IMG/VR virus record: IMGVR_UViG_3300032087_000618
Span: 1-54,067 of that record
DNA length: 54,067 bases
Source of the DNA: a virus
Lineage: Duplodnaviria > Caudoviricetes
Strand: one strand, 5' to 3'
Shown here: piece after piece, positions 1 through 9,932 of the stretch
How positions within the stretch are numbered: the stretch's first letter is position 1
Layout of the letters: the number at the start of each line of letters is the position of its first letter
Notes under the pieces: model-generated
What the model was told of the DNA's origin: nothing
Databases searched by the model: none
The model's input: only the letters and a program-made list of their open reading frames with translations
Program-made: the position numbers and the translations under genes

Positions 1-1023
1 TTCTAACGTCATTTTGTCTACTGAAATAGTATCCAAGCCTTCTTCGGCTAAGTGCTGCCTGTAGTCTTCGGTTAACCATGTTAACTTCTCTAGCTCCTTT
101 ATTGTATAGGATTGATTGTAGGAACAAGCAGTATGTACGCACAGCCAAAAGAACCCTCGGTCATCCATAGCTTTGGTGTCGTTAAACTCAAACAAACCCT
201 TGGCTAGATCAGATCCTTGGAAGTTCAGGAATGGTTCTGTGTAGTACACTCTACCTCTGTAGTCACACTCTACCGCTTGATAGAATGTATTGTCACTTAT
301 TGCTCTTGCTTTGTTGAGGATAAACTTCATCTCAATTCGTTTTGACCTAGCTTTGTCACTCTTATCTTTCATATCTATAAACTTAGTGACGTTATCCCTA
401 AGAGCCTTAACAAGATCCACGTTAAGGCGCCAAGCAGTCCCTTGTAGCTTATCTAAGGCTTTGACAAAGGGTTGGTCAAGGCACTGGCTAAAGTCCCTCT
501 CAGAGGTCATACGTTTGATATACGGCCTCTTAGTCACTGGGTTTCTTAGCCCAGTTATCTTCGGGAATCTTCGGAAGCTAGTACCAGTTAAGGTAGCCTT
601 CTCGAAATCCTCAGGGATATCCCCAAGTAACTCCCAGTTCTCTGTTAAAAATATAACATATGGCGCACGATATCCTTCGTACTCTCGTTCAATCTCTATG
701 AACTTAAGCTTAAGGAATGCTTCAATAAACAGATCACCTACTGCGAATAACTCTGTGTAAGAACTATTCTTGATACCCATTCGGGATAGTACTGCTAACC
801 CTATGGCCGTAGATGTAGCTGTTAGTTTGAAACTCTTACTGCTGTTGCGAGACCTTAGGAAGGTACTCTGAGCTGCTTGCACTGCACATATAGTCAGCTC
901 TTCATACTTTAAACCATAGTCCATATGCCGGTTCAAGAGTTCGATGCCCGAGTGATTCCTACCCCGGGCACCTTCTCTGTTACTTCTTATATACTCTGCT
1001 ACTGCATGTATAGCTCCAGCCAA
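1..1023 (-). CDS. T7-like single-subunit RNA polymerase, N-terminal part (runs off base 1; continues at the window end)
   Basis: Not in the ORF track; translated by hand. TTG start at 1023 follows AGGAG and the primase stop. The frame is open for 341 codons to base 1 and contains FYQAVECDYRGRVYYTEPFLNFQGSDLAKGLFEF (DxRGRxY motif). It ends ...VDKMTLE. Confidence 0.9.
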   Translation of the reverse strand, partial: MAGAIHAVAEYIRSNREGARGRNHSGIELLNRHMDYGLKYEELTICAVQAAQSTFLRSRNSSKSFKLTATSTAIGLAVLSRMGIKNSSYTELFAVGDLFIEAFLKLKFIEIEREYEGYRAPYVIFLTENWELLGDIPEDFEKATLTGTSFRRFPKITGLRNPVTKRPYIKRMTSERDFSQCLDQPFVKALDKLQGTAWRLNVDLVKALRDNVTKFIDMKDKSDKARSKRIEMKFILNKARAISDNTFYQAVECDYRGRVYYTEPFLNFQGSDLAKGLFEFNDTKAMDDRGFFWLCVHTACSYNQSYTIKELEKLTWLTEDYRQHLAEEGLDTISVDKMTLE

Positions 1024-1024
1024 T

Positions 1025-2647
1025 TTACACTCCTGCTTTGTAATCTAAGAAATCTACCTGACCTTTCAAACGTTTCGTCCGTTGATCATAATATGCTGAA
1101 CCACAATCACCAGTAAGCCCTGTGAATCTAGACTTCAGGACCCTTAGGTGTATCGTGTTTCTCTCGTCTTCATTCTGTGCTATCAAGTTACGTGCAAATG
1201 TAACAATATCAAAACTAATCTGTTTGATTGAGCCAGAACCTTTGATGTCATCTATGGAAGCTAGGTGTCCCTCTTCGAAGGACTTACCTTGAGACTTACG
1301 TAGGTGGGATATGATACCCAACCAAACATCGTGCTTCTTTACAACCTTAAGTAAGTCAGACATTACAGCGTCGATAGCCTCGTTACCACTTTTACCATCA
1401 GTACCTTCTGATACTGCAATAGTAATATGGTCAAGGACTAAGTACTTGCAACCTAATAAACACAAGTTCTCTATTTGGTCTATAAGAGAAGAATCAGATA
1501 CAGCACCGTTGTGATCAAGCAAGATGAGACGATTATCTCCAAATATGCCATCAAATGCATTTCTCTCCTGTTCTTCTGTTGCGTCTTCTGGTACAAACAT
1601 TTGAATAAACTTCTGGGCAGAGTCACCAATTGATTCTTCTAGTGACACCATACCAATGTTATCCTCAGTCTCTTCCTTCAACTGTAAAATAATTTCTTTA
1701 ATCATAGTAGACTTGCCTGACCCAGTACCAGAGGTGAACAATGTTATCTCACCATGTCGCATACCCTCTAGCTTATCATTCAAACCTTTGAGGCACGAAG
1801 GGTATGGTACAGATTGTACTGTCTTGCGCTTGACATACTCTTCCCAGATAGCTTCACCACGTACCACAGCGGCAGGGGTGTAGGGTTGAGCAGACCAGAA
1901 CGCACTAATCAGGGCTTGGTGCCCATGTTTAATTAAAGTCTCACATGGATCATTTTCAGGTAGGGATGCTACCTTTACTTTATCCCAACCAATAATCTTT
2001 GCAGCATTCTCAATAGCCTTCTCGCCAGCTTCATCCTGATCAAACATAAGGATAACTGTATCAAAGGACCGCACCCACTCACGATTACTAATGAGGGGAT
2101 TTAAGTTGCTAGATGATGGTAAGGATACTACGGGGTAGATCTTCCCCCCGTGGGATAGGTTTGCTTGTGCAACTGCCATTGCGTCTAACTCGCCCTCAGT
2201 GATAACCAAAGAGCGACCACCTTGTGTAAAGGATGATTGACCAAACAGTTCAATATCAGAGAAGTCACCCTTGACCCTAAAGTCCTTAGGTAACTGACGT
2301 ATCTTATAAGCTACAACTTTGTTCTTCTTAGTGTACGGGTAGTAGTGAGCTTCTATCGTACCGTCTTGATTGTACGCTACTCGCATACCATAGTGTGCCG
2401 CGACTTGCTTTGTGATACCACGCTCTTGTACGCCACGAGTATCGTATGCATCTATCGCTTCTAAACTTTCAGTTTGCTTTGGTTGATATGATTCCTGCAT
2501 TGTATTTTCTCTTTCATTTTCAAAGGTTACTTTATGACATACGAAACATTTACCTACTCCATTAGAGTACATACCCACTCCGTCTGACGAGCCACAATGT
2601 TTACATGGCATATGCTTTACAAATCTATCTTTCTTCATTAAGACCAC
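1025..2647 (-). CDS. T7 gp4-like primase-helicase
   Basis: Zn ribbon CKHCGSSD...CFVC, TOPRIM ITEGELDA and FDQD, Walker A SGTGSGKST, LDHI and IKGSGSI helicase motifs. True start is probably ATG 2638. Confidence 0.95.
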   Translation of the reverse strand: MVLMKKDRFVKHMPCKHCGSSDGVGMYSNGVGKCFVCHKVTFENERENTMQESYQPKQTESLEAIDAYDTRGVQERGITKQVAAHYGMRVAYNQDGTIEAHYYPYTKKNKVVAYKIRQLPKDFRVKGDFSDIELFGQSSFTQGGRSLVITEGELDAMAVAQANLSHGGKIYPVVSLPSSSNLNPLISNREWVRSFDTVILMFDQDEAGEKAIENAAKIIGWDKVKVASLPENDPCETLIKHGHQALISAFWSAQPYTPAAVVRGEAIWEEYVKRKTVQSVPYPSCLKGLNDKLEGMRHGEITLFTSGTGSGKSTMIKEIILQLKEETEDNIGMVSLEESIGDSAQKFIQMFVPEDATEEQERNAFDGIFGDNRLILLDHNGAVSDSSLIDQIENLCLLGCKYLVLDHITIAVSEGTDGKSGNEAIDAVMSDLLKVVKKHDVWLGIISHLRKSQGKSFEEGHLASIDDIKGSGSIKQISFDIVTFARNLIAQNEDERNTIHLRVLKSRFTGLTGDCGSAYYDQRTKRLKGQVDFLDYKAGV

Positions 2648-2784
2648 CGTTCTTCTTTAAGGTTCTTTATCGCTCTTCTCTTTTCCTGCGATTCCTTCTT
2701 CCTCTGAATCCGTGAGGCCTTCTTTGTCTTTCCACTCTTCTCGTATTCTATCGGAGATTGTGGACAGTCTTTCTTTTGTTTCAT
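2638..2784 (-). CDS. small basic hypothetical protein (48 aa) overlapping the 3' end of the upstream nuclease gene
   Basis: ATG at 2784 follows AAGGAAGAAG. Its TAA overlaps the primase ATG (TAATG). The product is Lys/Arg-rich. Confidence 0.5.
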   Translation of the reverse strand: MKQKKDCPQSPIEYEKSGKTKKASRIQRKKESQEKRRAIKNLKEERWS

Positions 2785-3196
2785 GGTTAACTTCTTCCTT
2801 AGGTATGAACTTAATTGCACCTATCTGTCTGTTGAGGAATACAGGTGTACCATCGGGATACTTCTCAGTAAGAACATCAAGCTCCCATTGTACCTTAACT
2901 TCCCCTGCAGACAACCCACCCCTAGTTTCAAATAACTGTAGCATCTCAAACTCAAAGTAATCCTTACCGAAGTCTTCTATAAGCTTGTTGATATGCTTAG
3001 AAGAACTACTGTATGTCTTCCAGTTAGACACTACTCTATCCTTACCCTTGCGATACTGATGGAATTGTTTACGCCCAATGTATCGTTTAGGTTCTTCAGG
3101 GTGTGTGCAAGTTATTAAATAAATAAATCCAAAGTATTCATCAGGGTCAAAGGGAGGACCGTAGTACTCCCAATGCCCTAAGTCTTGTTCACTCAT
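2657..3196 (-). CDS. GIY-YIG-like endonuclease
   Basis: GFIYLIT...RYIGRKQF...WKTYSSS...E pattern. Confidence 0.7.
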   Translation of the reverse strand: MSEQDLGHWEYYGPPFDPDEYFGFIYLITCTHPEEPKRYIGRKQFHQYRKGKDRVVSNWKTYSSSSKHINKLIEDFGKDYFEFEMLQLFETRGGLSAGEVKVQWELDVLTEKYPDGTPVFLNRQIGAIKFIPKEEVNHETKERLSTISDRIREEWKDKEGLTDSEEEGIAGKEKSDKEP

Positions 3197-3960
3197 CTTA
3201 GCGTACTCCCTTCAAAGACTTCATCAAGTTTCAAAGGTTCAAAGCCATCGAAGGATCTACGCATATAGATTAAGTTGAAGCATAAGTCCAGCTTCTCTTT
3301 CCATTCTCTAGGGTGTTTCTCTCTCCATGTGGATCTAACTACATCCATCATATCTGATTGATCTACACCATCTAGTATTTTCTCAGCAGTCTTGGGGCCT
3401 ATACCTTTCAAGCCTTGAATATTATCTGAAGAGTCACCAGTCAGTAGTTGCTTGCAGAGTAGATAGTGACCTGTCTCTTCATCAATGTGGTATAAGTTCT
3501 GCTTATTAAAGTTCCAATGCCATCCGGGAATCATGTCGATATCTTTATCAACGTGTGCGATTACCCATGAGTCTCCAGCTTCGGTAGCTTCAGTAGCCCA
3601 GATAGATACTAAGTCATCTGCCTCACAACCATCTGAGGGTACACAGTCAGTTGCCCAACAGTACTCATATAGGTTGTTAAGAATATCCTTAACCTTAGGG
3701 TCCATCTCGTACTTGTTACGATTAGCTTTGTAATCATTAGTGATATCATGCCTAAAGTTACCCTTGCCTTTTACAGCAACGTAACCCCTAGAACTATTAG
3801 TGTCTCGCATTACAGCTTTCAGGGCCAAGTCAAATGTACTTTGAGCCTGAGAGTCTGAGTTAGTTGTAGCTGCGATACGATATAACATTGAGTCTGCATC
3901 AATAAAACATTTGTCAAACTCTGGTTCTTCTTTGTACTCAGTATTAGTGAACGTCAGCAT
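3193..3960 (-). CDS. 5'-3' exonuclease (T7 gp6 / FEN-like)
   Basis: IDADS, YKANR, EADD, DKD and GDSSDNIQGLKGIGPKTA motifs. Start moved to ATG 3960, which follows GGAG. Confidence 0.92.
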   Translation of the reverse strand: MLTFTNTEYKEEPEFDKCFIDADSMLYRIAATTNSDSQAQSTFDLALKAVMRDTNSSRGYVAVKGKGNFRHDITNDYKANRNKYEMDPKVKDILNNLYEYCWATDCVPSDGCEADDLVSIWATEATEAGDSWVIAHVDKDIDMIPGWHWNFNKQNLYHIDEETGHYLLCKQLLTGDSSDNIQGLKGIGPKTAEKILDGVDQSDMMDVVRSTWREKHPREWKEKLDLCFNLIYMRRSFDGFEPLKLDEVFEGSTLR

Positions 3961-5776
3961 AGCTGTCTCCAATTTGTCCATCACCATCCATACACATTAC
4001 ACCTACAGATTTAGGTGCTTCTTTAAATGCCTCAACACAGATATCTTTTACAGCCTCTGCGTCAGACTCCTTTGCTACAAACACTACCTCATCATGGTAG
4101 AACAGCGTGGGGTAAGCCTCAAGCCCTTGCTCTTTTATCTTATTGTAAGCATATACTAATGCTGCTTTACAAGTGATACCTTCAAGAGTCTGGAGTAAGT
4201 AGTTCAAAGTCTGATGCTCTGACCCTACCATTACTCGTCTACCATCAGCACCAATGATAAAGCCTTGTCCAGTTCTCATTTGTGAGTGTCTGAACTCATC
4301 CTCTAAGCTATCTTTCAGAACCTTAAGTCCCGGAAGTGTAGCCTTGAATGTTTCATCAGCTTGCTTACCAATCTTGGCAGACTTCTTACCTGATACTGCT
4401 TCACCTAGTTTAGCATGTCCTGCACCAAACAGATAGGCATAGATGAAAGTCTTTGCTTGTGGTCGTGAGATCCCTAGGGTATCAGCATTACGTTGGTGTA
4501 CATCACCGTTGATTACCTCATCGGTAAACTTATCATCATTGATATAGTGGCACAACCCACGGAACTGATTACCTGCAGAGTCAGCACCAACAACCTTCAT
4601 GCCTTTCTCACAAGTCAGTAGACTTCGTAGTTCCTTCCCGTATGGGGCATAGACCCCTGGGATATTGACGATAACTCTGTGTCTACAGCGAAACGATGGA
4701 GTACCAATTGTAAACATAGAACCATGCAACCTACCATCATTATACTTTTCTTCATCTCTAACCTCTTCGATCCAGCCCTCTACAGTGGCTAGTCTGTTAC
4801 GTAACATGTAGTAATCACTGATGTATTCACCTAGTTTCCCAAGGGGCTTTAGTGAAGAGTCAGTTAGTTTAGGACTCTGTTTAATCCAAGTACCGTTAAT
4901 TTTCTTAACAGTCCAGTCGTCTGGCTTCCATCCTCTATCTAACAAGAACTTCTTAACCTCTGCCATCTGACCTAGTTCTACTGGCTTAAACTCTACCCTA
5001 GTATATGGGCCAGAGATGTTACCATCAGAAGCTTTGATGTCTTCATCTATCTCGAACCAATCTATTACACGCTTGTAGTAGGTACCGTCTTTCTTAACCA
5101 GTTGGTCTACCTCTTTGTTACCACGCATAACTGCAACCATACCTAGCTGAGGGTTTAACTCGTCTTCGATATGCTCCATCTTGTCTAAGATTTCTTCATA
5201 CAAAGCTTCAGCTCTGTCCATATCAAACACCCAACCCTTCTGGGTAATCTCTGCATTAACCTTAGCAAAGTCATGCTCAAGCTCAAGAGCCTGCATAAAC
5301 TTAGGGTTACTTTTGATTAGCACAGATGCTTCTTTAGATACTCTATTGTACACCTTCAGGTTAAGCTCTACGTCACGTATACAATACTCAAGCATCTCTT
5401 TACTGTAACAGCTCCAATCCTCATGGTCTCCCTTGGGGTATTCAAAGAACCCGCCCCAGCCCTTAAGCCCATGCAAGTGGCCCCTTTGGTACTTACATAG
5501 TTGAGACATAATAAAGGTATCCCAAACCCTAGTACCCTCGGAGGGCTCCCAGCCTAGTAGCTTCTTCATCACAGGCAAGTCAAACGATATGATGTTATGG
5601 CCTGCAATAATCTTAGCGTTAGACAGTCTATCCAAACCCTCTGCCATAGATGGTAGGTCACTGTCATAGTCTGAGTAGGAATATACCTCTTCTGTTGTGC
5701 AGTCTTGCATGACTAGCATCCAGATCTTATCAGGGAATAAACCATTTGTTTCTACATCGAATACATATTTGCTCAT
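3944..5776 (-). CDS. DNA polymerase family A (T7 gp5-like) with 3'-5' exonuclease
   Basis: ExoI FDVET, ExoII HNIISFD, ExoIII YCIRD; motif A GADSAGNQFR, motif B AKTFIYAYLFG, motif C YHDE. Confidence 0.95.
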   Translation of the reverse strand: MSKYVFDVETNGLFPDKIWMLVMQDCTTEEVYSYSDYDSDLPSMAEGLDRLSNAKIIAGHNIISFDLPVMKKLLGWEPSEGTRVWDTFIMSQLCKYQRGHLHGLKGWGGFFEYPKGDHEDWSCYSKEMLEYCIRDVELNLKVYNRVSKEASVLIKSNPKFMQALELEHDFAKVNAEITQKGWVFDMDRAEALYEEILDKMEHIEDELNPQLGMVAVMRGNKEVDQLVKKDGTYYKRVIDWFEIDEDIKASDGNISGPYTRVEFKPVELGQMAEVKKFLLDRGWKPDDWTVKKINGTWIKQSPKLTDSSLKPLGKLGEYISDYYMLRNRLATVEGWIEEVRDEEKYNDGRLHGSMFTIGTPSFRCRHRVIVNIPGVYAPYGKELRSLLTCEKGMKVVGADSAGNQFRGLCHYINDDKFTDEVINGDVHQRNADTLGISRPQAKTFIYAYLFGAGHAKLGEAVSGKKSAKIGKQADETFKATLPGLKVLKDSLEDEFRHSQMRTGQGFIIGADGRRVMVGSEHQTLNYLLQTLEGITCKAALVYAYNKIKEQGLEAYPTLFYHDEVVFVAKESDAEAVKDICVEAFKEAPKSVGVMCMDGDGQIGDSYADVH

Positions 5777-5830
5777 AATATTTCCTTTACGAGTAGTTTA
5801 ACGACTCTATACTCAGGTCTATTAATAATA

Positions 5831-7684
5831 TTAGAACGTTACTTCACACGCTCCACCAGCACAAGCCGCCTCACCACTGAGGTCAGTCTTGTCTTCTACT
5901 TCCTTCACTTGAGTTAGATCAATGTTTTGTAGGGCAGACTCCATAATCCTATAGCGTTCCTCTGAGATATCCTCAAAGGGTGCTTGAACATATGTGCCAC
6001 CATCATAAGGTAGTACAGCAATACCATTGAAAGTGTAGCGGTTCTTCCACATCCACTCACCTGCTAGCTCCCACTCATCTTCTTTGATAGAGATGGTGCA
6101 GGATACATTGTGAGAGTTTTGACCCTCGATGTGCCCCGGTGCTACCCATTCTACATTATACTTACGAACTCTGTCAAGTAATTCAACAGGGCTTTCTGTT
6201 CTAAGTATAGATCCCTTTGGTGCTTCTTGTGGTATTTCAATTACAGCTTGCTCCGTAGGGTTGAAGTACTCGTCTTCCACCAGCTCCGGATGGTTCTCAG
6301 CGAAGTACTGATATAGGGCTTCATTCTTTCCAACCCTCTGACGACGAATGTAGTAATCATTATGCCAAGCATGAATACCACTACTACTACCGAGTACACA
6401 AGAACTAGTGCCACTAGGCTTAACCGTAGTGCATCGTGCAGCTGAGTTGATTCCCAGTTGCTTAGCCACCCTTTTGTTTTCTTCGACAACTTCTCTTGCA
6501 GCTTCTTCCAAGTCATAGTTAAGTACCTTTCCTGATCCAATCCCTGTTTGTCCTACACCAATCAGTGCATCACGTTCACAGGTTTCCTGCCACTCAGGTC
6601 GTAAGTAGTGGAAGTCTGTGTACCCTGCTTGAAGTGTGCCGATTAAAGCTGCAGCCCTTGCTCTTTCGTTAAGGTCCTCTTGGGATACAACATTAGAAGC
6701 GTTAAGTTCTGTAAGGTTACACATCTGATAAGGACGTAAGCCAATCTCACAGCAAGGGTTAGTACCCCAGTCTTTATCATTAGTAAAGTATATACCCGGC
6801 TCACCAGAACCTGATAGCTCTACACGTTCCCATAGCTTTTCGAAAACATCTTTGGTAATACGATGGCGTACCATTACTGCAGAGTTATTAGACCTTGCAC
6901 GTTGCGGGTTGTTCTCCCACCATGATCCAGCCTTACATGCTAACATCTCTGCGTCATCCATTGAGAACAACGAGATCATAGCAGCTCTTCGGATACCACC
7001 AGTTAGTACAGCATCAGCAATGAAGCACATCATGTCATGTACCTCAAGGGTAGTAAGCTGTCGCCCTATAGCCTGATCAAAGATAGATCGTAAGTTATGA
7101 ATACAATCTTTCAAAGGCTGTGGGCCGGGAGCCTTACCACCTGTAGTGATTAGCATAGCACCCTTGGGTCGTATGTCACGGTAGTCAAACTCTACATCCA
7201 TTGTATTGTAGAAGTATGATTCACATAGAACCTTAACTGCATCTGCCCAACCTTCGATGTTATCAGATACTAGGAACCTACGCTTACGTTTCTTAGGACC
7301 TGCTACTTCAGGTAGCTTACGGGTGTGGTGTCGTTGCACTGAGTAACCTACACCGGTACCGCCTAACAATAAGAACATAGTTTCTGCAAAAGCTTCTACG
7401 CTTTCAACAGGTAAGTATGCACAGTTGTAGATACGGTTAGGTGCTAGTTCAATAGGTGCTCCACCAAACTGAAGGGCCCTCATAGAGGGTAGAACTTTCT
7501 TATCGTATACAAACTGATAAGCAGCTTCAATCTCTTCTGCAAACTTAGGGTACTTACGTTGGTGCATCTCTTTGTTGCGGGTAACTAATTCGTCCCAAGT
7601 TTCTCTACGCTCTAACTCTGGGATATATTTTGCATACTTGCTGAAGACTGTTATATCGGATAAGATTTGATTTGATGTGTTCAT
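5831..7684 (-). CDS. nrdJ: class II (adenosylcobalamin-dependent) ribonucleotide reductase
   Basis: PSMR, YNC, GGIRRAA, TNPCCEI, TVKPSGT and C-terminal CAGGAC. No nrdB small subunit is present. Confidence 0.92.
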   Translation of the reverse strand: MNTSNQILSDITVFSKYAKYIPELERRETWDELVTRNKEMHQRKYPKFAEEIEAAYQFVYDKKVLPSMRALQFGGAPIELAPNRIYNCAYLPVESVEAFAETMFLLLGGTGVGYSVQRHHTRKLPEVAGPKKRKRRFLVSDNIEGWADAVKVLCESYFYNTMDVEFDYRDIRPKGAMLITTGGKAPGPQPLKDCIHNLRSIFDQAIGRQLTTLEVHDMMCFIADAVLTGGIRRAAMISLFSMDDAEMLACKAGSWWENNPQRARSNNSAVMVRHRITKDVFEKLWERVELSGSGEPGIYFTNDKDWGTNPCCEIGLRPYQMCNLTELNASNVVSQEDLNERARAAALIGTLQAGYTDFHYLRPEWQETCERDALIGVGQTGIGSGKVLNYDLEEAAREVVEENKRVAKQLGINSAARCTTVKPSGTSSCVLGSSSGIHAWHNDYYIRRQRVGKNEALYQYFAENHPELVEDEYFNPTEQAVIEIPQEAPKGSILRTESPVELLDRVRKYNVEWVAPGHIEGQNSHNVSCTISIKEDEWELAGEWMWKNRYTFNGIAVLPYDGGTYVQAPFEDISEERYRIMESALQNIDLTQVKEVEDKTDLSGEAACAGGACEVTF

Positions 7685-8055
7685 TCTCTGCCCTTCTTTA
7701 AATAAGTTCTGATTCTATCTAGTGCACCGAAGTCATCCTTCAGCCCACCTAACGTCCTGTTGCATGAGTGGCATATCCACCCTCTAAATTTACTGGTTAA
7801 GTGATCATGGTCTAGTGCCCATGGTGATTTGTTTACACCCCCACAACCTGCAGCTTCTTCAGCATTCCTTAGGCATATGGGACATTGGTAATCATCAGGT
7901 GGCGGCTCTACCTCTTTACGTAACTGATCACGTACTTTTTGTACAGACCATATGCATAGCCTGCATGTAGTCTTACGGTACCCCCTACCACTTTCCATAG
8001 GGAACTCTTCTTCTGGTTTCTTTACTCTACACTTATTACAAGTCTTTAAACCCAT
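7681..8055 (-). CDS. recombination endonuclease VII family protein
   Basis: CPIC...LDHDH...FRGWICHSCNRTLG plus N-terminal CxxC pairs. Confidence 0.88.
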   Translation of the reverse strand: MGLKTCNKCRVKKPEEEFPMESGRGYRKTTCRLCIWSVQKVRDQLRKEVEPPPDDYQCPICLRNAEEAAGCGGVNKSPWALDHDHLTSKFRGWICHSCNRTLGGLKDDFGALDRIRTYLKKGRE

Positions 8056-8058
8056 TGG

Positions 8059-8229
8059 TTAATCTCCAGCGATTACAACTCCATCTTCTTTAGAAATAAA
8101 ATTAATGTAGCCTTCAGGTTCTCTGCTCATATACTCTGACTCTTCCTCGCTAAGTAATTCAACAGCCTGTCCTACAAGATTCGAGTACCACTTCTTACTA
8201 TCATTACAACTTTTTATATACACTAACAT
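8059..8229 (-). CDS. hypothetical protein (56 aa)
   Basis: Hand translation MLVYIKSCNDSKKWYSNLVG...; GGAGG upstream; fills the gap between thyX and endo VII. Confidence 0.7.
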   Translation of the reverse strand: MLVYIKSCNDSKKWYSNLVGQAVELLSEEESEYMSREPEGYINFISKEDGVVIAGD

Positions 8230-8861
8230 ATAAGTGCCTCCCAGCTTTCAGGGTACAATGGTTCAATAATATCCCCAACCAACCTAGCTAGTAGCTGTAT
8301 CTCTACCTGAGAGTTTTCCGCAATACGTTGTTTGTACATACGGGCCCAAGCAGCTAGAGATCCAGTAACATAATAGCTTGTTATCATAGACTGAGGCAGC
8401 ACCATTCTTGCTTGCTCAGGTGCTACCCCTTTCTTTAACATTGTCTTGTATAGGGCGAGACAATCATGCAAAACATAACGATACTCTCTGTTAAGAGTAA
8501 GTTGATCTGAGTGAGGCCCATCAGAACCTTGTTTGATACTACTGTTAGGACGGTTTCTCCATACAGGCGTATAGAATTTAGGCAAATCATCTACATACCT
8601 CCTACTAACTTCATTATAGGTAAAGCCTATCATATGTTTAAACCTTTGCCTTGCTACAAAGATAGGTACTTCTTCCCTTATAGTTATTTGAGGGTGACTA
8701 AAGGGAGTCCAATGATTGTGCTTCGCAAGATACTTAATTAACTTAACATCTTTATCTGGCAATTCATTTCCATCAAAGAAACTCTCTTTATCAAAACTAA
8801 CTCTAGCTGAATTAACAACAGTTAGGTCTGAACCCATGTGGTCTACATACTCTGCTTTCAT
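8223..8861 (-). CDS. thyX: flavin-dependent thymidylate synthase
   Basis: VNSARVSF, HWTPF, VARQRFKH, NEVSRRY, PEQARMVLPQ. Confidence 0.95.
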   Translation of the reverse strand: MKAEYVDHMGSDLTVVNSARVSFDKESFFDGNELPDKDVKLIKYLAKHNHWTPFSHPQITIREEVPIFVARQRFKHMIGFTYNEVSRRYVDDLPKFYTPVWRNRPNSSIKQGSDGPHSDQLTLNREYRYVLHDCLALYKTMLKKGVAPEQARMVLPQSMITSYYVTGSLAAWARMYKQRIAENSQVEIQLLARLVGDIIEPLYPESWEALIC

Positions 8862-9008
8862 TTAAGTCCTCTTTTCTTTTTCCTTATTAAGGCCGGAGGC
8901 CTTGGAATCTTTCTTAGTCTTTGACTTAGACCCAAAGATATTATCCCAAGCCTCATCGAACTTATTCCTATCAGGTATAGGTCTCGGTCTTGATCCTTTA
9001 CCAGACAT
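8862..9008 (-). CDS. small hypothetical protein (48 aa)
   Basis: Hand translation MSGKGSRPRPIPDRNKFDEAWDNIFG...; GGAGG RBS. Confidence 0.75.
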   Translation of the reverse strand: MSGKGSRPRPIPDRNKFDEAWDNIFGSKSKTKKDSKASGLNKEKEKRT

Positions 9009-9010
9009 AT

Positions 9011-9277
9011 CTAGTCCTCCAAAAGTTGTTCAACTAGTACAGCATAGCCTGCAATATCATGCCAGCTATCTGCGTATGTCGGGTCTCCATTAAGGATACG
9101 TGCTACCTTATGCTGTATCATTTCAAGAGATTCTCTTTGGTGTGGTTGTAGGTCATGCCATCCGGGGGTTACACGCATAACATATTTCAAATCTTGACTT
9201 AGTTTACTTTGAGTTTCAAAAGAACCGTAACGGTTTCCACGGGTCTCTAATGTTTCTTCTGTTTTAGTGGCTTGCAT
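9011..9277 (-). CDS. DUF6378-like protein (nucleotide-metabolism-associated alpha-helical family)
   Basis: RGNRYGSF...HKVARILNGDPTYADSWHDIAGYA. Confidence 0.75.
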   Translation of the reverse strand: MQATKTEETLETRGNRYGSFETQSKLSQDLKYVMRVTPGWHDLQPHQRESLEMIQHKVARILNGDPTYADSWHDIAGYAVLVEQLLED

Positions 9278-9440
9278 GTTTACTCGACTCCTCTAGTGAC
9301 TGTATGCAATCTAGAACATAAGCAGATAGTTGAAATGCTTTGCTTTCTTCATCTACTAACTCTAAAGAGTCAGACTCAAAGCTTACTGAAACTGAATCAT
9401 TCTCTTCTGTATCTTTTAAACGTATTGTATAGCTTGCCAT
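9264..9440 (-). CDS. hypothetical acidic protein (58 aa)
   Basis: Hand translation MASYTIRLKDTEEND...; GGAGG RBS. Confidence 0.7.
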   Translation of the reverse strand: MASYTIRLKDTEENDSVSVSFESDSLELVDEESKAFQLSAYVLDCIQSLEESSKHASH

Positions 9441-9441
9441 A

Positions 9442-9714
9442 TTAGTTACCTCCAGCGGTAATGAATCCTTTTATAGCGGCATCAGTATGATTAGCACCCC
9501 TCAGTACATCTCTTATAGTACCGGGAGCATCCTCTTTAATTAAGAGGGGTATTGATTTAATATTATATTGCATAGCAAACTCTTTACCTCTGTCAGTCCC
9601 TATGTCCATTAAGATTATGTCATCATAAAGTCCAAGTTTTTGTAGCCTATCTTTCATTTGGGTACATCCGGGGCATCCGGGGCCAGTTACTAATACTAGT
9701 CTATCCCTCTTCAT
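9442..9714 (-). CDS. thioredoxin/glutaredoxin-like protein
   Basis: CPGC active site and KSIP cis-Pro motif; same operon as nrdJ. Confidence 0.85.
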   Translation of the reverse strand: MKRDRLVLVTGPGCPGCTQMKDRLQKLGLYDDIILMDIGTDRGKEFAMQYNIKSIPLLIKEDAPGTIRDVLRGANHTDAAIKGFITAGGN

Positions 9715-9913
9715 GCTCTATCTCCATGTAGATATTACCCCAAGTTATTGTGAGTAATGGTAATAAAATAACTACCCCTTGGAAAGGGAATGCTTCTAAG
9801 GTACCATCTTCTGTATAGCCCCATACTGGCCTGCTATCACAGAACTCAATGTCGATACCTGTACCATTACGATACTCTGCTGTTAACAATTTTCCTAAAA
9901 ACTTAATGCTCAT
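9701..9913 (-). CDS. hypothetical protein
   Basis: 70-aa ORF with GAGG RBS. Confidence 0.7.
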   Translation of the reverse strand: MSIKFLGKLLTAEYRNGTGIDIEFCDSRPVWGYTEDGTLEAFPFQGVVILLPLLTITWGNIYMEIEHEEG

Positions 9914-9932
9914 TTGCGTGTGTCCTCACAGT

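Noticed and set aside
290-1116. Plus-strand ORFs 290-760 and 925-1116
   Set aside because: Antisense shadows of the RNAP N-terminal half, which the ORF track missed, and of the primase
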